Source of the DNA: Polyangiaceae bacterium
GTDB taxonomy: Bacteria > Myxococcota_A > Polyangia > Polyangiales > Polyangiaceae
Length of the DNA: 64,000 nt
Direction of reading: 5' to 3'
Assembly (NCBI GenBank): GCA_044376115.1
Contig: JBILLK010000012.1
Coordinates: 64,001-128,000, forward strand
The notes beneath the pieces were generated by a model. That model did not search any database. It was not told where the DNA came from and saw only the letters and a list, made by a program, of their open reading frames with translations. This document shows, piece by piece, positions 57,378-64,000 of the stretch; position 1 is the stretch's first letter; each line of letters opens with the position of its first letter. Both the position numbers and the translations under genes were made by a program.

Positions 57378-60300
57378 CTACGGTTCGTAAGCGAGGTTGG
57401 GCCCCAGCCAGCGCTCGACCTCGGCGGGCGTCATCTGCTTGCGCTGAGCATAGTCTGCCACTTGGTCCTTATCGATCTTGCCCAGCGTGAAGTAGCGAGC
57501 GCGTGGATGCGCAAAGTAGAGGCCGCTCACGCTCGAGCCAGGCCACATCGCGAAAGACTCGGTGAGCTTCATACCGGTCGCGGCTTCCACTCCCAAGAGC
57601 TGCCATAGCGTTCCCTTCTCCGTGTGGTCAGGGCAGGCCGGGTAACCAGCGGCCGGGCGAATACCGCGATATTTCTCCTCGATCAGCTCGGCCGGAGCCA
57701 GGCCCTCATCACGGCCAAAGCCCCAATCCACGCGCGCCCGCTGATGCAAATACTCGGCAAAAGCCTCGGCTAGACGGTCGGCGAGCGCCTCGGCCATGAT
57801 TGCATTGTAGTCATCGTTCTCCGCTCGGAACTTCTTCACCACGGCCTCTAGCCCGAGCCCGCTGGTGACCGCGAAAGCTCCTAGGTAATCGGCGAGCCCG
57901 CTAGAGCGCGGCGCGACGAAGTCCGCGAGGCAGTGACTGGGCTCATTGGGCTTCGCAGCTTGTTGCCGGAGAAAGTGGAAGCGCGCGAGTTCGGTCGTGC
58001 GCGAAGAATCGCTGAACAAGACCACATCATCCTGTTCTGCGTTGGCGGGAAAGAGGCCGTACACCCCCTTTGCTTGCAACATCTCCCTCGCCACAATCTG
58101 GTCCAAAAGCTCATTTGCCTCGGCGAACAGCTTACGTGCTTGCTCGCCATAAACGGCGTGCTCGAAGATCCGGGGGTATACGCCTTTGAGCTCCCAAGTG
58201 TGGAAGAACGGCGTCCAATCGATGAAGGGTCGCAGTTGCGAGAGCGGCACCTCCACGTGGGTAATACCGCTTCGCTCTGGCACGGCGACCTCAGCCGCTG
58301 ACCAATCCCATTGAGGCTTATTCAATCGAGCCGCGACCAGCGAGTTCAGCGTCTGCTTATGACCAGAGTGGATGCGCCGCAAACCCTCATAGTCCGCTCG
58401 ATGTTGACTTACGAACGCCGGCTTTGCATCGTCGCTCAGTAGGCTCGTGGTAACCGGAACGGCGCGACTCGCGTCGAGGACGTGAACGACGGGCTCGCTG
58501 TAGTGCGGAGCGATCTTTACTGCTGTATGCGCCCGACTCGTCGTGGCCCCCCCGATTAGTAGGGGAAGCTTGAACCCTTGGCGCTCCATCTCGCGAGCCA
58601 CGTGAACCATCTCGTCCAGTGAAGGCGTGATCAACCCGGATAGGCCGATCAGATCCGCGTTGACCTCCTTGGCCTTAGCAAGGATCTTCTCGCAGGGCAC
58701 CATCACACCCATGTCGATTACGTCGTAGTTGTTGCAAGCTAGAACGACGCCAACGATGTTTTTGCCGATGTCGTGAACGTCGCCTTTCACGGTCGCCAGC
58801 ACCACTCGACCCTGGGTTTTGACCTCCTGACCCGCCGCGGCCATCGCAGCCTTCTCCTCCTCCATGAAGGGTGTGAGGTAGGCCACGGCTTTCTTCATCA
58901 CCCGCGCCGACTTGACGACCTGCGGCAAGAACATCTTTCCTGCGCCGAAGAGGTCGCCCACCACGCTCATGCCGTCCATCAGCGGCCCCTCGATGACGGA
59001 GAGCGGTTTTCCGAGCTTGGCGCGCGCCTCTTCAGTATCAGTGTCAATGTAGCTATCGATCCCCTTGACCAGCGCGTGGGTCAGCCGCTCTTCGACCGTA
59101 CCTTTGCGCCACTCTTCTTCCTTCTTCTCACTGGCGGCGGCGCCCGAGGCTGCAGACTTCAGTCGCTCGCCAAAGTCGACGAGCCGTTCCGTCGCATCCG
59201 GCCGGCGATTCAAGAGGACGTCTTCCACCAGGGCTCGCAGCTCTGGCGCGATCTCCTCGTACACTTCGAGCATGCCGGCGTTGACGATGCCCATATCCAT
59301 GCCGGCCGCGATTGCGTGGTAGAGGAAGGCAGAGTGCATGGCCTCCCGGACGTGATTGTTACCGCGGAAGCTGAACGATACGTTGGAGACCCCGCCGCTC
59401 ACTTTGGCGTGCGGTAGATTCTGCTTTATCCAACGGGTTGCCTCGATGAAGTCGACTGCGTAGTTATTGTGCTCTTCGATCCCAGTCGCCACAGTGAGGA
59501 TGTTGGGATCAAAAATGATGTCTTCCGGGGGAAAGCCTTCTGCAACCAGGATGTCGTACGCACGCTTGCAGATGCGAATCTTGTCTTGGAAGCTAGCGGC
59601 CTGACCCTGTTCATCGAAGGCCATGACCACCACAGCCGCGCCGTATTGCATTATCGTGCGCGCGCACTCGCGAAACTTGTCCTCACCTTCTTTGAGTGAG
59701 ATCGAATTCACGATGCCCTTGCCCTGCAAACACTTGAGCCCGGCGACAATCACCTCCCACTTGGAGGAATCAATCATGAACGGGACCTTGGCGACCTCTG
59801 GTTCACTACCTAATAGCGAGAGGAAGCGCGCCATCGCCGTGGGCCCATCGATCATGCCTTCATCCATGCAGATGTCGATGACGTTGGCGCCGTTATCGAC
59901 CTGCTGACGGGCTACCGAGACAGCCTCCTCGTATTTACCCTCCTTGATCAACTTTGCGAACTTGGGAGACCCGGCGACGTTGGTGCGCTCGCCAATCATC
60001 ATGAAGATACCGGGCTGCTGCGTGAACGGCAGCGAGCCCGAGAGACGAAGTGGGCGCTCTGACTTCGCTGTCTCGACTTCGGGCGTGCGCGATGCAACCT
60101 CACCTCCGAGGGAAAGCGCTCTAGCTGGCATGTCGCGGAGCGCCTGTGCGATGGCGCGAACGTGCTCTGGCGTGTTACCGCAGCAGCCGCCGGCGATATT
60201 GACCAGACGGTTCTGCGCGAACTCACCGAGATACCGCCCCATATCTGCCGGCTCGAGGTCAAAGCCAGTTGCAGATAGTGGGTTAGGCAGGCCGGCGTTG

Positions 60301-61181
60301 GGGTAACACGAGATAGCGACCTCAGCCTTCTCCGACAATTCCTGCAAGAAGGGAAACATCAGGTCGGGACCCAATGAACAGTTGAGGCCGATGGATAGTG
60401 GCTTGACGTGGCGAACGGCATTCCAGAGAGCTTCCACCGTCTGCGCCGATATCATCGTCTCTCCTCCGCGACCGACGGCAGCCGAGACCATGATCGGCAG
60501 CTTGATTTGGTCTTTGGCGAAGACCTCTTCAATCGCGACCAACGCAGCCTTGGCATTGAGCGAATCGAAGATCGTCTCGACCAACAGGACATCGGAGCCA
60601 CCAGCGATGAGCGCCCTCACCTGCCTGACGTACGCGGCCTTGACCTGATCGAAGGTGACGACACGAAAGCCTGCGTCGTCTGCATCAGGCGAGTTCGACA
60701 AGGAGACCGTCAGCGGCCCGATGGCACCAGCGACATAGCGCCGAACGCCGTCCTTCTGCGCTACCTGCTCGGCCACTTGGCGACACTGCCGAGCCGACTG
60801 CTCGTTGATCTCCCAGGCCAGGCCGTCGAGGAACGGGTCATCGATAATCTTCTGGTAGAAGTCCGGGTCCTTGCGCCCACCATGCTCGCGCGGATCGTCC
60901 ACGAAGAATTCGCTCTGCGTGATGCTGGTCGCGCCGAACGTGTTGGTCTCGATGATGTCGGCTCCTGCCTCCAAGAACCTACGATGGATGTCGCAGATCA
61001 TGTCCGGCTGGGTCAGCGAGAAAAGGTCCCCATTGTTGAGCAGGTCTTTGCGGCTGTCCTTGAAGCGCTCTCCACGAATATCGGCCTCTTTCATGCCGTA
61101 GGTGCGAATCGTCGTGCCCATCGCGCCGTCGATGATCACGATCCGTTCCGAAAGCAGCTTCTCGAGAGGGTGGAGCGACAT
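57378..61181 (-). CDS. metH: Cobalamin-dependent methionine synthase
   Basis: DGAMGT, GLNC and GGCCG zinc ligands, [19 protein letters not shown] cobalamin motif, [12 protein letters not shown]. Confidence 0.98.
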   Translation of the reverse strand: MSLHPLEKLLSERIVIIDGAMGTTIRTYGMKEADIRGERFKDSRKDLLNNGDLFSLTQPDMICDIHRRFLEAGADIIETNTFGATSITQSEFFVDDPREHGGRKDPDFYQKIIDDPFLDGLAWEINEQSARQCRQVAEQVAQKDGVRRYVAGAIGPLTVSLSNSPDADDAGFRVVTFDQVKAAYVRQVRALIAGGSDVLLVETIFDSLNAKAALVAIEEVFAKDQIKLPIMVSAAVGRGGETMISAQTVEALWNAVRHVKPLSIGLNCSLGPDLMFPFLQELSEKAEVAISCYPNAGLPNPLSATGFDLEPADMGRYLGEFAQNRLVNIAGGCCGNTPEHVRAIAQALRDMPARALSLGGEVASRTPEVETAKSERPLRLSGSLPFTQQPGIFMMIGERTNVAGSPKFAKLIKEGKYEEAVSVARQQVDNGANVIDICMDEGMIDGPTAMARFLSLLGSEPEVAKVPFMIDSSKWEVIVAGLKCLQGKGIVNSISLKEGEDKFRECARTIMQYGAAVVVMAFDEQGQAASFQDKIRICKRAYDILVAEGFPPEDIIFDPNILTVATGIEEHNNYAVDFIEATRWIKQNLPHAKVSGGVSNVSFSFRGNNHVREAMHSAFLYHAIAAGMDMGIVNAGMLEVYEEIAPELRALVEDVLLNRRPDATERLVDFGERLKSAASGAAASEKKEEEWRKGTVEERLTHALVKGIDSYIDTDTEEARAKLGKPLSVIEGPLMDGMSVVGDLFGAGKMFLPQVVKSARVMKKAVAYLTPFMEEEKAAMAAAGQEVKTQGRVVLATVKGDVHDIGKNIVGVVLACNNYDVIDMGVMVPCEKILAKAKEVNADLIGLSGLITPSLDEMVHVAREMERQGFKLPLLIGGATTSRAHTAVKIAPHYSEPVVHVLDASRAVPVTTSLLSDDAKPAFVSQHRADYEGLRRIHSGHKQTLNSLVAARLNKPQWDWSAAEVAVPERSGITHVEVPLSQLRPFIDWTPFFHTWELKGVYPRIFEHAVYGEQARKLFAEANELLDQIVAREMLQAKGVYGLFPANAEQDDVVLFSDSSRTTELARFHFLRQQAAKPNEPSHCLADFVAPRSSGLADYLGAFAVTSGLGLEAVVKKFRAENDDYNAIMAEALADRLAEAFAEYLHQRARVDWGFGRDEGLAPAELIEEKYRGIRPAAGYPACPDHTEKGTLWQLLGVEAATGMKLTESFAMWPGSSVSGLYFAHPRARYFTLGKIDKDQVADYAQRKQMTPAEVERWLGPNLAYEP

Positions 61182-61187
61182 ATCTAT

Positions 61188-62156
61188 CTAGCCTGGTTTC
61201 TTTAATGGGGAGGTGGGCGGGGGCCTATTGGCCAGAGCAGATTTCAGAGCGAGGGCGAGCACCACTCGGAAGTGGGGCTTCTTGGGCTCGCGCGAGGCGA
61301 CCTCACAGCGCACGACTTCAAGCTGTGCTTGGCTGAGGAGGCTGCGAACGTTAGTGGGGCTAAAGCCTTGATGCACTTCACCGTAGGGCGCAGTGATTTC
61401 TCGCTGCTCGTGGCGATCGAGGGTGAGCACCAAGAGCCTCCCACCCGGGCGCAGGACTCGGGCGCACTCGTGGGCGACGCACTTTGGATCTGCGGCGTAG
61501 GTGAGCGTATGAAACAGCACAACCGCATCGAAGCTTGCATCGGCGAGCGGCAGATCGTGCGCGTCGGCGACCAGGCACTTTACGTGGGGCTGGCGTTCGA
61601 ACCTTCGACCCGCAGCGACGATCATGCTCTCGCTCGTATCGACGCAGGTCAGGGACCGGCAGTAGGGTGCAATGAACGCCGCGGCAGCCCCATCCCCGGA
61701 GCCAACGTCCAGAACGTCCCCCAGCTCGAGTAGCCCCGCGAGACCGACCGCCAACGACTCCCACGTCCGACCCGGTGAATAGTGACGCTCCATTTCTCCA
61801 GCAAAGGTCTCGGGCAGACCGCCTCTTCGCTCGGCGTCGAGACGAGCGAGCCGCTGCTTGTCTCCTTCAATCGTCGGGTCGGAGAGCTGCCCCGCATCTT
61901 CGAGCACGGTGCGCGCTGCAGCCGGCAGCGTATCGACGGCTAATGCATAAAAGGCGTGCTGACCTTCTCTGCGATCCCGCACGAAACCAGCTTCACGCAG
62001 CTTGCCGAGATGGGTGGAGACCCGCGACTGAGAGATACCCGTCACCCGCACCAGATCGGTCACGCTGAGTTCCCGCTCGCGCAGCAGCGCGCAAAGCCGC
62101 AACCGACTTTCGTCGCCGAGGAGCGTTAGCGTACCGACGTAGGCCGCGAGAACCAT
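61188..62156 (-). CDS. ArsR-HTH plus SAM-binding methyltransferase-domain regulator (SahR-like)
   Basis: LGDESRLRL..SQSRVSTHLGKLREAG HTH and LDVGSGDG motif I; lies directly upstream of metH. Confidence 0.88.
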   Translation of the reverse strand: MVLAAYVGTLTLLGDESRLRLCALLRERELSVTDLVRVTGISQSRVSTHLGKLREAGFVRDRREGQHAFYALAVDTLPAAARTVLEDAGQLSDPTIEGDKQRLARLDAERRGGLPETFAGEMERHYSPGRTWESLAVGLAGLLELGDVLDVGSGDGAAAAFIAPYCRSLTCVDTSESMIVAAGRRFERQPHVKCLVADAHDLPLADASFDAVVLFHTLTYAADPKCVAHECARVLRPGGRLLVLTLDRHEQREITAPYGEVHQGFSPTNVRSLLSQAQLEVVRCEVASREPKKPHFRVVLALALKSALANRPPPTSPLKKPG

Positions 62157-62178
62157 CTGCTTATCCGGATTAGCAGAT
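62155..62178. promoter_or_regulatory. Putative SahR-type operator: 24-bp near-perfect palindrome ATCTGCTTATCCGGATTAGCAGAT
   Basis: 22 of 24 positions are self-complementary. It overlaps the regulator's start codon and contains two overlapping ATC-N10-GAT boxes. Confidence 0.65.
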
Positions 62179-62268
62179 TCATGGCCGACGGTCTCGTTTT
62201 TCCGCGCGCTTTACGTGCAACCCCGCGGCCCGTGGCGTTTGCGGGCCGCGAGCCGCCGCGCTCGAGAC

Positions 62269-63420
<1,152 letters not shown>

Positions 63421-63474
63421 GGTGACTGACTGGTCACATAGCATGGCTACAGCGCTGAATGCACTATGGCAGAG

Positions 63475-63999
63475 CTACTCAGCAGAACGGCAACAGCGTA
63501 GGCCGGTTGAGTAGTCGGAGTAGGCAGGTGGATGGACCGTGATCAACGACTCACAGCCGGACTCCGAACCTCGCGCGTAAAAACCGCCTGCGAAGCCGCC
63601 GCCCTTCTCATCTACCCACTCATCGAGATTGCCAACCATGTCGTAGAGCGCGTCATTGCCCCACACGCTCTTGCAGCGCGGGAGCGAAGCGGTCTCGAGT
63701 AGCAGGGTGGTAGGGCCGTCTTTGACACGATTCAAGCGGGGATCATGATGGCCCATGCCGGCGTGATCATGCAGGGTTGCAGCCGGGTGTAACCGCGTCT
63801 TCGAGTTGCAGAAGTCGGGCTGGTAGTGGCTGCCGTACGGAAACAATGTGTCTTGCTCTCCGCGACAGGCCCGTTGCCACTCCGCTGTTGTGCAGAGTCG
63901 TTTGTGGCTGTTTTCGCAGGCCTGTTTAGCGAGCTTGCCTGTGACGGTTCCGCTTGGCCGCACGCCTGGCAGGCTCTCGGCGAGCATACCGTCAGCGCT
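63475..63999 (-). CDS. FGE-sulfatase (SUMF1/EgtB-like) domain protein; 5' end lies outside the window
   Basis: KRLCTTAEWQRAC, FPYG, YDMVGNLDEW and TGLRCC. Confidence 0.85.
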   Translation of the reverse strand, partial: SADGMLAESLPGVRPSGTVTGKLAKQACENSHKRLCTTAEWQRACRGEQDTLFPYGSHYQPDFCNSKTRLHPAATLHDHAGMGHHDPRLNRVKDGPTTLLLETASLPRCKSVWGNDALYDMVGNLDEWVDEKGGGFAGGFYARGSESGCESLITVHPPAYSDYSTGLRCCRSAE

Positions 64000-64000
64000 G

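Noticed and set aside
62224..62250. GC hairpin downstream of the acyl-CoA dehydrogenase gene as a terminator or riboswitch
   Set aside because: There is no adjacent U-tract on the coding strand and no recognisable SAM or cobalamin riboswitch core.

Overview
GC-rich, gene-dense bacterial DNA with myxobacterial hallmarks: a giant TPR protein, a MYXO-CTERM protein, Gly/Cys-rich lipoproteins, a Hanks-type kinase and a sigma-54 activator. About 45 CDS are supported. I saw no rRNA, tRNA, CRISPR array or transposase. All family assignments come from motif recognition by eye, not database searches. Four accessory modules stand out. (1) An inositol-lipid operon (10231-16708): inositol-3-phosphate synthase, an Aur1/IPC-synthase-like enzyme, a CDP-alcohol phosphatidyltransferase fused to a GtrA-like domain, and an MMPL/RND transporter fused to a PgpA lipid phosphatase. 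It has the same five functions as the Bacteroides inositol-sphingolipid cluster, here fused and joined to an exporter. (2) A four-gene, translationally coupled Zorya type III-like operon (19354-24870) whose MotA-like subunit has a ~915-aa tail containing 19 x 18-aa repeats, five of them recently expanded. (3) An iron-uptake divergon with Fur-like boxes (40280-47627): a TonB receptor opposite imelysin, di-haem protein, imelysin and a vitamin K-dependent carboxylase (HTTM) homologue. (4) A PEP mutase-nucleotidyltransferase fusion with no phosphonopyruvate decarboxylase nearby. Also present: dnaX divergent from ybaB-recR, an unexplained non-coding element found twice (upstream of dnaX and of a kinase), an orphan amino-DNA methyltransferase, and a SahR-like regulator with metH and a palindromic operator.
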